Of a DNA stretch of 64,000 nucleotides, positions 14,001 through 27,716 are shown piece after piece. Source of the stretch: Octopus vulgaris (taxonomy: Eukaryota); NCBI GenBank assembly GCA_951406725.2, contig OX597822.1, positions 112,158,001 through 112,222,000 on the forward strand, written 5' to 3'. The notes under the pieces are model-generated. The model was not told the DNA's origin. It did no database searches and saw only the letters and a program-made list of their open reading frames with translations. The position numbers were made by a program, and so were the translations under genes. The stretch's first letter is position 1. The number at the start of each line of letters is the position of its first letter.

Positions 14001-17000
14001 TGCACTGCAGGGTCTCGGGGGAGATAGTGTTAGTTGAAGGCTACCAAAGTGCCATACACAGACAACTTCAGCTTTATATATAGAGAGATTTGAAGATGAC
14101 AATAACTTTAATACGCTTTTAAAAAAAGGGAGATAATTTTCCAGATTTTTAACTTAATTTTTAGAAATGGACTTTTTTAAAAAAAGTACATTCAGCTATT
14201 CCTGACTTAAACGTTTCTCCTCTCATTAAGGCTTCCCATGTTTTTCTATTCTGACATTTAGGAATGTCCTAGTCTTTCCTACAGAAGACCTTCTACAAAT
14301 GCTTGTGTAGGTTTAATTTTAGAAAGGATTCTTTAAAATGTGTTACTTTTGAATAACCTGACTGCCTTTCTATCTGTCTGTCTTGCTATCTATAGATGCT
14401 GTGTTTCTCTCTGTCTCCGTCTCTAGCCCACACCTACAAAAAAAAAAAACTAATTTCAGAATATTTGAATATAAAATATGAGATATAAAGTAAGTCATTT
14501 TTTATGTAGTAGAAAATTAAGATAAACCATCTTGCTTCACATTTATAAGAAGGGCTGCTGGAATAAATCACAAGTTATATGGAAATTCTGTTGAGAAATT
14601 ACTCAATATTATCTTTATATATAAAAGTGAGGTTGTGTGCTGTCTGTCTCCTACGATTTAGATTCCTAACTCCTCCCACATTTTGCGGTGCAGTGTAACC
14701 AACAGCGGGTATCTTATAGTTGTGATTCATATCGAGCCCTTCTGGGTATTAGCGCGCGTCTACGATGAGTCTACGATTTTGAAAATAATTTACCATCAAT
14801 TTTTCCTGTTTTTAATACATTTTTTAGCTATTATATAAGAGAAGTAACTCTCTAAAAATGTATTATTAAATCTCAGAACGTAAAAAGCTACAGTAACACT
14901 CCCCCTTTGTGGTTAGCCATATTGAGATGGCTATTATACTTTACATCTCTAAAAATGCTTATATAGTTATTTCCCTTACAAACCCGAGCAACGCCGGGCG
15001 ATACTGCTAGTATTCAATACAATTTTAATACAATTTCAGTTTGTTTTTATTTTGCAAATAGTTTTTAAAGAGACTCTTTATTTTAAGTTTAATGTATGTC
15101 CTCACTTTTGTTATCCATTATCTACATTTTAGGAGAAATTTGAGAATCAATCTTAGAGCTGGCGAGAGAATATATAAACGTTTAGGCCCATATCTACTGA
15201 TTATATGTAGTGAGAAGGATGAAGATGTTGGCTTGATGAATATCATAGATGAGGCACACATGGGTAATTATTCTTTAATTTGGACATTTTAGTCAGAAGT
15301 TTGTATTTGTTTAGAACATTCTACTATTTTTCTATATCAATAATTTTTGACATCTCTATATATAAAACAAAGGACGTGTCTGTGTGCATATGTGTGTGTG
15401 TGTAATACGTATGCATTTCTACAGTTTTCAACCAATTTTTACCAAACTTTATACACATATTACTTATATGCCAAGGATAGTCATGGACTATATTTTGCCC
15501 TGAGCTCCCATGTAATGCGAGAAACTGACCTGGTTTTTCACATGGGTTTTTCTGTAAAAACTGCAGTTTTCAACCGATTCTCTCCCTTTGACTTCTGCAA
15601 TGATCAAATGATTCTTTCTCTGTTTCTCTTCTCTTTCTCACTTACATCCTCTGCAATTCTTCTCTCTCTGTCATGTGTAAATATCTTTGCTGTCATGCTA
15701 TTTGCGCGTTCTCCCTACAACATTACTTATTAAAAATTTTTTGCACTCTGTCTATTTAAATACACTATTTACATTTCTCTCTCTATTGAAAACTGTTGTG
15801 ATACAGCAGACAAGCCTTCATTACTAACCAATGGGAATTCAACCATGCCACTGAGTATTCATGCATTAGAAAAAGATATCCTAAAGTGGCTCAAGTTTGT
15901 TCACTCAGCCCATTTTCTTCTACAGTTAATTTGCTGAAATTGGGTTTGTAATTTCTGTCTACAAATTAACTTCTTCGTGTGAAATAATATTGTTGCACTT
16001 TATTCTTTCACTTTTAATTCTAATGTAATAAGACTATTGTTTCACTTTATGTGTGTGTCCTTGCGTGTTCGATACGTATGAAATAGTAAAGGACGTTTTA
16101 TATCACGACAACAATGTCACATATATGAGTGTGCATGTGTCTCTGAATTTACGTGTGTGGGTGTATGAGTGTGTAAGTCTCTCTGACTGTGTGCGTGTTT
16201 CCGCATTAAGTACATTATTAAACACAAACACACACACATCTATACATAGATATACACATGTGACAACTGACATGCGTGAATGTATGTCTGTATGTGTCTC
16301 TCTTACTATAGCATATGAATGTGTGCCTGTGAGTGTGTGTGTGTGTGTTTGTGTGCCTGTTATGTATGTTACTAAACGCACACATACATCACCACATGCA
16401 CAGCTGGAGGTGAAACTCTTGACAAAAAACAATTACGTGGAAGGCCCAAGTTATATACATCTCTAATGTTCATTCAACATTTCATAATTATTGCAGCAGT
16501 CGCAAAGTATTTACAATTTGCTTCTATTTTGTTAATTTACACTGCATGCAAACATATCGACATACAACATACAACTGCTAACAAAAATAGAGATCAATGT
16601 ATATTATTATTATTACAATGACAGGACACGTGTTATCTTGTTTCTGAATTATAAGTTGGTTATTAAAGCCGGTTATTGACGAGAATTTGTCTGGCAGATA
16701 ATATTGTTTTGCTAAATTACCTATTAAAGGATGGCAAATAATCTTATTTGCTAAAGAAATTTGAAACCATGGTATAACCGCTAATAAAAATAACAAGGTA
16801 AAAGTTTTTATTTTTCATTTACTTCGAAAATTGCTATTAAATCGGTGTTTTGGCCGTGTTGGCTGCTATTTCTAGCATGTAAAAATTACCTGCTAAAGGG
16901 TAGTTTTCTTTTGTGTTTAAATGTACACTATTTTAAAATATGAATATGTCATCTATTGACTATTTATACATGCTGGGCTACAGGTGGTGATATTTATAAC

Positions 17001-17015
17001 GAATATTTGCTACCC

Positions 17016-17091
<76 letters not shown>

Positions 17092-18210
17092 AATACAGGG
17101 TGTGGTGAATATACAGTCGTCTAAATTACATAAAAATGAAAATAACACTGACTGCCCCAGCATGACCACAGCTCATGAGCTTAAACTAGATCAAATCAAT
17201 CAAATTATCTCATTTTAACAGATATATTTACCAAAATTAGATAAAAGTATTTTGAAATACTAAAAAGTAAATTTATTCAATAAAATTGCCATTGGCTTCA
17301 ACCATAGCCTTAAGATGACTTCAGAATCTCCTGCAACTCTTCTGGATGGTGAATGCCACCATAATCCTTGCTTTCAGTTCATCTTCAGTATTATAAGGAG
17401 TTTTGTTGGTCTCTAGCTCAGCTGTGCTCCACACCTAATAATTAAGAGGGTTCCAGTCAGGGGAGTTAAGTGGCCAGATCTTAAGGGTGATGTGGTCGCA
17501 GATGTTGTCTGACAACCATCACTGGGTTCTCCTGCTTGTGTGGCATGGTGCAGAATCCTATTGCCAGACATAGGGTCTTCTAGCAGCCACCCTCTTGACC
17601 CAGGGTAACACTACCTCCTCCAGGCACTTGATGAAGGCCTCCGTGTTAAGTGTGAGCCGATGTAGGAAGATGAATGGAGGCATAACATCGCCATCACGAG
17701 TGATCGCTCCAAACACTATGATGTTGACTGGTTATTTGGTTTTTATCACTCTCAGTTCATGTTTTGAGGACATGGCAAACCAATGCTTGTACTGTGTGTG
17801 CACCATCTGTATGTATCGTTGCTTCTGGTGTGAACGCCAAACAGTACAGCATGTTGTTTCCAAATATCTAGTAGAGTGAATTGTGTCATGATACTGTTTT
17901 TCTCACAGACAGTCCCCAACCAACCCTACAATACTGTGTAGTTGATAAAATCAAAAACAGACAATGCCCATGCATAAAATTAAAAATAGTAACAATTTAC
18001 CCATCACACCCTGTATATATATATATATATATATTATATAATTAGGGCTTAGTAAAATAAATTACTTTGCCACATACTGAACTTAGTAGAAATATCAGCC
18101 CAAAAAAATTTTTTTAGCTATTTCTACTACTTAAAGAAAATTTCTCTCAGATAATGTTTACTCCAGACAGCTCACGAAGGTTTGGAGGTAAATACAGAAA
18201 AATATCACAA

Positions 18211-18250
<40 letters not shown>

Positions 18251-20877
18251 CAAAAATGGGACAAGAACACAAAACATCCAGACAGACGATACAAAGAACA
18301 CAAGGACGGGTCATTCGGAGTTTTCTTTCCTCAGTTGAATTCCAGATTATCTTTGCAATTTTGGCTGGTTATACTTGAGATTGCTCCAATTTGGCCAGCC
18401 CCAAGAAAAAACTAAGGTAAGAGCATTAGATTCCTTGGAAGAAAGCAGCGAATGTATATGGAAACAAGGACAGTAAAAAAACTGGAGAAATGTTACACAA
18501 ATACGAATGCATGTAACAGGACATAACAACAGGTGTCTTTCGACTAAGGACGAATTAAATTAAGCTGGTGTGTGGGTAAGTAAAGCCTTACGACAGGCAC
18601 ATAAGATTTGGCAGGCAGAGGGAGGAATATAGATGTTGCATGGATGATAGTCGAACCAAGAAAGAAAGGTCAGGCTTGGCCAAACACTGGTTACGTGGGG
18701 AGAGTAGAGTGAGAGGTAGAGGTAGAGGGATAGAAGAATTAGGAGGGGTAAAAAAAATGAAAGGGACACAGTGAAATGAAAAGAGGAGGGAAAGTGAGCT
18801 TGAAGAGAAGGTCAGGAAATGTGAGAGAGGGGGAAACGAAAGAATGAAGAGTGGAATGAATGAAGAAGGTCTGAAAGGGCTGACAGAAAGAATGAAAGAA
18901 TAGAAAGAATAATAGAGTTGTACATAAATTAGACATATGTATATAATTACATATAAGAGACCAAAGTGTACGTACGCCTTATATATAAAAAATACAAAAA
19001 TGGGACAAGAACGCAAAACTTCCAGACAGTTAGGTGATACAAGAAAGGGGACAACAAAACATCCAGACAGGTGATACAAAGAAAACAAGGATGGGTCATT
19101 CGGAGTTTTCTTTCCTCAGTCGAGTTCCAGATTATCTTTGCAATTATATATCTATATATATAACGTGGCCGATGCCAGTGCCGCCTTGACTGGCTTCTAT
19201 GCCGGTGGCACGTAAAAACCACCAACTGATCGTGACCGCTGCCAGACTCCCCTGGCACCTGAGCTGGTGGCATGTAAAAAGCACCCACTACACTCACAGA
19301 GTGGTTGGCGTTAGGAAGGGCATCCAGCTGTAGAAACTCTGCCAGATCAGACTGGAGCCTGGTGCAGCCTCCAGACAGTTAGGTGATATAAAAAAGGGAT
19401 AACAAAACATCCAGATAGACGATACAAAGAAAACAAGGATGGGTCATTCGGAGTTTTCTTTCCTCAGTCGAGTTCCAGATTAGCTGCAGGACTGTTTCAA
19501 GTTCCAGTATTTATTTTAGACTGGTTTCTGTGGCGGAATGCCTTTTTTAATCCCTACCACATTACAATGTGCATTAGGAGTTTTTCGTGTTTTTGTGTAT
19601 AACACACTGGTACTTGTGAGGTCAGCAAGTAACTTAAAAAAAGTTTAAGACCCGTTACCTGAATGGGAGTGTATTGACAGTGGGACCGGTGGTTTTATGC
19701 CAGGTGTTAAAAGACTAAAGTATGATAGAGGGGCAAGCATAAGTAGTTTGCTTTAGGGGAGATTCATGGTAATTTTGCATTATATAAAGGTGTGGAAGGG
19801 ACTAGCTGGGAAGAAATTAGAAATGGTGTCAATGACATGTCAGAGTGAACTGTCAGTGTACAAGAAGGTGAATATAGGAAAAAAAGGATCTTTTCACTTT
19901 GACTGGCAGATTTTAAAAATAATTTCTTTGTAACTAAACACTTTTTAACTTCATATACTGGTAGAATGTGTTACATAAAACATCTTTTTCTCTTGGCTTT
20001 CTTGAGAAAATTCTGTAGTTTGTAAGCTATTAGTTGTTTAATTTCTTGCATTTCGGCAATTTTAACCAATCAATGACGTCTATTGAGGTGAATACAATAT
20101 CTGCTGTATTTTGTACAAATGACGTTTTTGAAATGCCCAAAGTACAAATGAGGGATGAAATATGTGCAATTCTATTCTTGTATAATTACAGCAACTAAGA
20201 AGATAATGCCATAGTTAGAAGTGTGATGGAGGAACGGAAGTCACAAAGATAAGTTATTGGGAAGGCTTAAAGACTTGGGTCCAAGGAGTAGGCATTGATA
20301 TAAACAATATATTGGGTCATCCCATAAATAATGCGTTTTTTTTTTCAATTGCATGAACTAAAAGTCGAAGGGGACAGGATAAACTGTGTCAACTTCCTAT
20401 AAAAGCAGGTAGTTACTTGCCTTGTACTTATTCTTAGTGCAAGTTTTGAAGAGTGCAGTTTGATTTTAGTTTTTCAAAGCTTTAATAGAAATGACAAAGG
20501 AGCATATTCAGCTTATTTTGCTTTATGAAAAGTGTGAAGAATATTAATGCAGTATATTAGGGGGTGGGCTCTGAAAAGGGTCTCGGGGAGTAGGGTCCCT
20601 GCCTTGCTGAGCTAGTTTTCCACTACATTTTTAAAAAATTGTGGCAGAGGCCTTGGTCTCAAGACCACTCATGTCTAATAAACTGAGGTTGGGGATAAGC
20701 AAGGGCATGCTGCCCATAGAAAATCCAGCTAAAAAAAAAATCCTCATGACAGCAAAGGAGAATGGGTACCAGCCAGCCCAAAGATTGGGGTGGGCTGCAC
20801 CTGCCTACCTCGGTTGCTACGGCATTGAGGTAGATCCGGTCACCCCTGTTAACGGGGGCAAACCCAGATTTAAAACA

Positions 20878-20910
<33 letters not shown>

Positions 20911-23900
20911 ATACAAGGATGGGACAATAAGTGTAAACCAGTGTCAACAGTGGCGCAGGAGTGGCTGTGTGGTAAGTAGCTTGCTTACCAACCACATGGT
21001 TCCGGGTTCAGTCCCACTGCGTGGCACCTTGGGCAAGTGTCTTCTGCTATAGCCCCGGGCCGACCAATGCCTTGTGAGTAGATTTGGTAGATGGAAACTG
21101 AAAAAAGCCTGTCGTATATATGTATATATATGTATATATATGTGTGTGTGTGTGTGTGTTTGTCCCCCTAGCATTGCTTGACAACCGATGCTGGTGTGTT
21201 TACGTCCCTGTCACTTAGCGGTTCGGCAAAAGAGACCGATAGAATACGTACTGGGCTTACAAAGAATAAGTCCCGGGGTCGATTTGCTTGACTAAAGGCG
21301 GTGCTCCAGCATGGCCGCAGTCAAATGACTGAAACAAATAAAAGAGTAAAAGAGAAAGAGAGAGTGGTTTCAGAAATTCTGAGCCAGAAACTACAGCTTA
21401 GGAAACGAGCCATATCCTGGAAGATCTGTAGAGCTCGGTGAGGATGTCCTGCAACCCATGGTGGAACAAAATCCTGTCGTATCTATTGAGGAACTAGCAA
21501 AGAAACTTGGATTTAGCCATTCAACCTTTCATTGATACCTGCATGCTATTGGAAAAATCATCAAATTGGCTCAATGGGTTCCAAGTCTAATCGTGGGCAG
21601 AGAGCAAATGTGTGCTCTTCTTTGCTGTCAAGTCTCATCAATGAACTTATTTTGCCCCACCCACCATATTCACTGGACATTGCTCCATCTGATTAACATT
21701 TATTCTGCAGTCTTCAAAATTATTTGGACAGAAAAAGTATGAATTCCGTAGATGAGGTCAGAACAGTACTTGAAGAGTATTTTTCATCACAGACAAGTGA
21801 ATTTTGGAAGAGGGGCCTTGCAAGTCTACCAGATAGATGGAAGAGCATTGTAGAAAAGGAAGGAGAGTATATTTTAGATTATAAAAAGAACTTTGTTTAT
21901 CTTAATTTTGAAAAATAAAATGAATATAAAAAACCCACATTATTTATGGGATGACCCAATATATGAGCACATATAATCTTTACATTTATATATAAATTCA
22001 TTTTTAGGTCATGTTTACAAAAAGGATGAACTTAGGAAGTTTTTGAATCGCCCAAAGTCTGTTTTACCCTCTACAAAGATAAAAGTTGCTGGTATGGAGA
22101 AAGATAATGTTAATATGCTAATAGCTTATATGACCCATGCATGTAATGAGAATTAGTACAAAATGTTTGGTTTAAATTAACTTTTGAGGACTTTAAGGAT
22201 GGTAAGTATCATATGATTTCATATTTGAGTAATTCTGAGGATCGGAAGAAAAAATAATTTTTCCATGGTATATTATAAGGTGGTATCAAAACATAAGGCA
22301 GCGAGCTGGCAGAAATGCTAGCACGCCAGGCGAAATGCTGAGCAGTATTTCGTCTGCCGTTACGTTCTGAGTTCAAATTCCGCCGAGGTCGACTTTGCCT
22401 TTCATCCTTTCGGGGTCGATAAATTAAGGACCAGTTACGCACTGGGGTCGATGTAATCGACTTAATCCGTTTGTCTGTCCTTGTTTGTCCTCTCTGTGTT
22501 TAGCCCCTTGTGGGCAGTTAAGAAAACGGTATCAAAACGTTCCTATCAAAACTAGTTATGTTTAATCAAACAAATGAGCTATTTATGTAAGTTTTAACAT
22601 CATTTCCTTTTAAATAGACATCTTGTGCTGCAGTACACCAGTCCCAGTATTCTTGCCACTTTTGGAATGGGGTCTGGAAGTCGTTTTCCACAAGTGGGTT
22701 GAGGACCTTCTGCAATTCACTTGGATCTTGACAACAGCGACCTTTGAGCTGCATTGTCATTTTTGAGAAGAGACGGAAGTCCACAGGTGCTAAATCTGGT
22801 GAATAGGGTGAGTGTGGAAGTGAAACCCTGTTGTTTTGGGTGAAAACTCATGAGTGAGGAGAACTCAGTGATAGGGTCAATTGTTGACATGAAGAATCCA
22901 ATTATTTGCATCCCACAGATCCAGTCGCTTTTGCCGAATGTTCTCCCTCAGATGCTTGGAACCATTGCAGTAGAACTCAGGATCGATGGTCTGGCCTTGG
23001 ACGAATTCTTGATGCACAATACCACATTTCTGGGGTGACGCTTGTTGCATGTCTTCCAGATCGCTCATCATCTTCCCAGGATGTTCTTCTACTTTTGAAT
23101 TTACTTGTACTTGTGGTGACATTCACCCTGGGCGGGTTGAATCGGCTTCTTTTTTGGAAGAAGTTTCGTGGGAATATGTGGATTTCACAAGCGGTCCCCA
23201 ACAATCCCGCATGTAGAGACATCCTGTTTGCTGCAGATTGTCCACAGATGCAGGGACAGAACGACCGAGGAGCCACCGGTTGCCAAAACAGACACTCTAA
23301 GGATTTCACCAGAGCCCCGTCTGCCGGGTTGTGGCCCTAATACTACTCGGTGTCAGACCAATCCACCTTGGGTGGCCCTACCAGGAACTGAAGTTCCCAA
23401 CGACATAGCTCTGACACTACCCATTGCCAGCGTCCCCACCACGGTGAGGAGGGGATGGATTTTGGGGAGGCAAAGTGTCTTTTGAAGTACCCATGCCACT
23501 CTAAACATTGTGTACAACCCATTGCCTTGTTGCCATAAGCTTGCTGAAGCATGCTCAATGTCTCCGTAGCACACTTCCCAAGTTTAACACAAACTTTCAC
23601 ATTGGCGCTTAGTTCCAGTCTTTGGCAAAATTGCAAACTACAGCCTACACATGATCCCAAAAAGGCAAATTTCACAGCTTGCGGAGTAAACACAGCAATG
23701 TCACATGACACACTGCCTCATGAAGGTCACTACTAGCTCTCACTGCACATGCAACTGTGTGCTGCCATCTGTTGGTGAACAACAAAACTTGTCTGGAAAC
23801 ATTATTTACATTTGACGGATATTTGTCCTCATCTTGTTTGTTAATACGTTTCGGCTGATATACCCTCCAGCCTTCATCATGTGTCTTGCAGAAATTTCAA

Positions 23901-26900
23901 ACCTGGGTTCTCATTCCTATGGTATTTCTCGATTGGATTGCAAGACAGCGTGTGAGAGAAAATTGTGATGTCACAGGATGTGTCATGCAAGAGAGACGTT
24001 TGCACTGGTATGGTCATGTACTACAGATGGATGAGGAGAGCTGTGTGAAGAAGTGCTATTCCCAAACAGTTGAAGGAATCTGGGATAGAGGTAGACCCAG
24101 GAAGACATGGGATGAGGTAATGAAGCATAACCTTTAAACATTGGGCCTCACAGAGGCAATGACGAAAGACCAAGACCTTGGGAGATATGCTGTGACTGTG
24201 AAGACCCGGCAAATAAAGTGAGTTCATGACTGCATCCTACACCAGTTTTGCATATCCAGTCCCAGCTCATTCAAAGTACCTTGGATCGTAGGGCAACCTG
24301 CTGTGCTTGAGGAGACCTATTGAGTCAAGTACATCAACATCAACTTCAAAATGAAAATCAAATGGAAATTGCAGTTGTGACACCTGTACCGGTGGCATGT
24401 AAAATGCACCAACCGATCGTGACCATTGCCAGCCTTCTCTGGCCCCTGTGCCGCTGGCACATAAAAAGTGGTTGGCATTAGGGAGGGCATCCAGCTGTAG
24501 AAACCACTGCCAGATCAGACTAGAGCCTGGTGCAGTCTCCTGACTTCCCAGAACCCAGTCGAACCATCCAACCCATGCTAGCATGGAAAACGGACATTTT
24601 TACTGCCTGGAATTGAACTCAGAACCTTGGGGTTAGTAGCCCGCACTTTTAACCACCATGCCATATGCCCATGGGCAATTATGGAGTGAATTTTAGGGTT
24701 TATAAATCTAATATTTTCCTATCCTTCCTGAATACCAGTTCCCATATGCTACTCATATCTGCACTCAGTCTGCTTAGAAGTTGTTGTCTCCTAGCATATG
24801 TATTTTCGTATTTTCCAGTGGTGTTCTCTAGTATTTAAACTTCATCCCACAGGGGGAGCTGGTCTCCATTTTTCCATACATGATCAGCTATATTGATATC
24901 TCCTCGTGTCACAGCTTTGCGATATTCCTCTACCCTTATTTTGAGGGGTCGGCATGTTTCGCCTTTGTATAACCTACCACAGTTGCATGGGATGGAGTAC
25001 ACGCAGTCTTTTGCCATATTCTCTTCTATTGGTGGTTTTACTCGAAGGAGATATTTGCGAAGTGTTGTATTACTCTTGAATACTGTCCTGATGTCATATG
25101 GGCCACATATCTTTTGTATCTTTTCAGAGAGGCCTTTCACATAGGTTAGACAGACTGTGGACAGTTTATTGGTTTCATCCTCTCTTTTCTTCATAATTGG
25201 ATTGGAGAGTATGTTTTTGGGGTAGTTGTTGCTCAATAAGTTGTTAATGAGCCTGATCATTTCTTCATGGTGTATACAACTATCACTACTTATATTTTTT
25301 GCTCAATGTTTCAGGCACTGAGCAATCCTTCTCTTTACACTGTATGGATGGTGGGAATTGAAGTTAAAGTATCGTCCAGTGAAGGTCGGCTTGCAGTATA
25401 CTGATGTCCTGAATCCATACTTGGTGTGAGTTATTAATATGTCCAGGAATGCCAGCTGATTGTCTTTTGCCTTTTCCGTTGTGAACTCTATGAATGGCTT
25501 TATTGAGTATACATGATCTAACAGCACTTGGACATCTTCCTAGTGGGGCCAGAGTATAAAGGTGTTATCAACATATCCCAGCCATAGGGTTGGTTTTAGT
25601 GGTGTTGATCCTAAAGCCAAATTCTCAAAGTATTCCATTTAATATATTGGCTATTATCGATGATAATGCCAAACCCATAGCTAAACACTCTTCTTGTTGA
25701 TATATATCAGTGTCCATACTGAAGTAGGTAGTTTCTACAGAGAAGGTCAATATTTCTATCAAGTTTCTTATTGGTATACTAGTGTGTTCTTTTAGATGGG
25801 TGTCTGTCACTAGTTTTCCTTGTATCACAGATAGTGCTTCACCAGTTGGGACTTTGGTGAACAGACTTATCACATCTAGACTCACCATCTGGTTCGATTC
25901 AATGGGGATATCCTTGATCAATTCTGTGAAGTGGGTGGAATTCTTCACGTACGATGTTGACTTTCCTGCTAATGGACTGATTATATCCACAAGGAAGCGG
26001 CTCAGTTGATGACGTGCTGAACCTCTACAGCTCACTATAGGTCTTAATGGAATACCATCCTTGTGAATCTTAGGGAGACTGTACATGTGTGGTAGTTTAC
26101 TGAAGTGTTGAATCAGTTGTCAGTACTTCATTGGTGTAAAGTGATCCTTGTTCTTGATCAAGATCTGTGACTTCCTCTCTGTTTTTGAGAGTTGGGTCTT
26201 TCTATTATTTGCTGTAGCTACCATCACTTATGATACTTGCCAATTTTTCAGAGTAGTCAGACTTGTCCATCACCACTGTAGCATTTCCCTTGTCCGCTGG
26301 AAGTATTATGATGGAATTTTCACTCTGTAGTCTTTTGATAGCGAACTTTTCTTCCTTAGTGATGCTTTGTTCGGAAAGTTTCACTTTTTCTAGTACCTGT
26401 CTCATCTAGTTCATCTCCCCGAGCTTTTGGCATCTTTATGGCTATCTCTTCAATAAGGGCTATTATATACATATACATAAATATATATATATACACACAC
26501 TCACACATACTTATATACATACATATATATATACACACATATACACACATATATACACATATATATATACACATATATATATACACACACATATATACAT
26601 ATATATATATACACACATATATATATATATATATACACACACATATATACATACATATATATATATACACACATATATATACATATATATATTCAACAAA
26701 GTCATGTCTTGTCCTTACCTTCGGAACACAGAGTAGGCAAAACAGGGACATGTCTTGTACTCTGTTTTGTCATTGTTTTAAAAAAGTTCGTTTCCATGTT
26801 TTCGTTTCTCATTGTGTTCAACGTTTTTTTGATGTCCGGTACCTATATATCCTTGTAATATAGATGTAAGTATGTACATATATGTATGTATATATGCATA

Positions 26901-27667
26901 TATTTATATATGATTTATATTATTATATGATCGAATGCCACGCATCCTTTTCCAAGTAAGTTTTATCTTCATAATTATGATGTGCACTCTTCAACTTTTA
27001 CTATTTCTCCTCTGTCTATCTCTCTCCCCCTCTTGTTCTTCATCTTTTCTGGTTTTCTCTCCCACACTTGCCTATTCTTCTCCTCTCCCCTTCACCATTC
27101 CCTCTCTCTTACTCCTCCTCCTCGACTCTCTCATCACTGACACATGATTAGTGGGAAGCCATCTTTCCAACTGCTATCTTCACCAAGACAAGACCGCTTA
27201 TCCTGTCTCCTCAAGCATCCAGAATAATTTTTCCACATCGTTTATTTTTTTTTACTGTGCTATTCTCTTTGTTCTGTCTTTTACTGTTTTTACTTTTATT
27301 GTTCTTTCTGTCCTGTTCTTCTTACCACTTTTACCCCTCTGCAAAAAAATTCCAAATTTTATTTAATTTGCTTTGCGGGAAGGACTGTTTCAACGAAGTC
27401 GCATCTTGTCCTTACCTTCGAAGCACAGAGTAGACAAAACAGGGACAACTGAAGAAGGGGAATATTCCTTGAGTTGTATGTCTTGTACACTGTTTTTTCG
27501 TTGTTTGAAAAAAGTTCGTTTCCATGTTTTCGTTTCTCATTGTGTTCAACGTTTTTTTGATGTCCTGTAACCATATATGCATGTATATATATATACATAT
27601 AGATGTAGGTATGTACATATATGTATGTATATATGCATATATTTATATTTTTTATATTATTATATAC

Positions 27668-27716
<49 letters not shown>

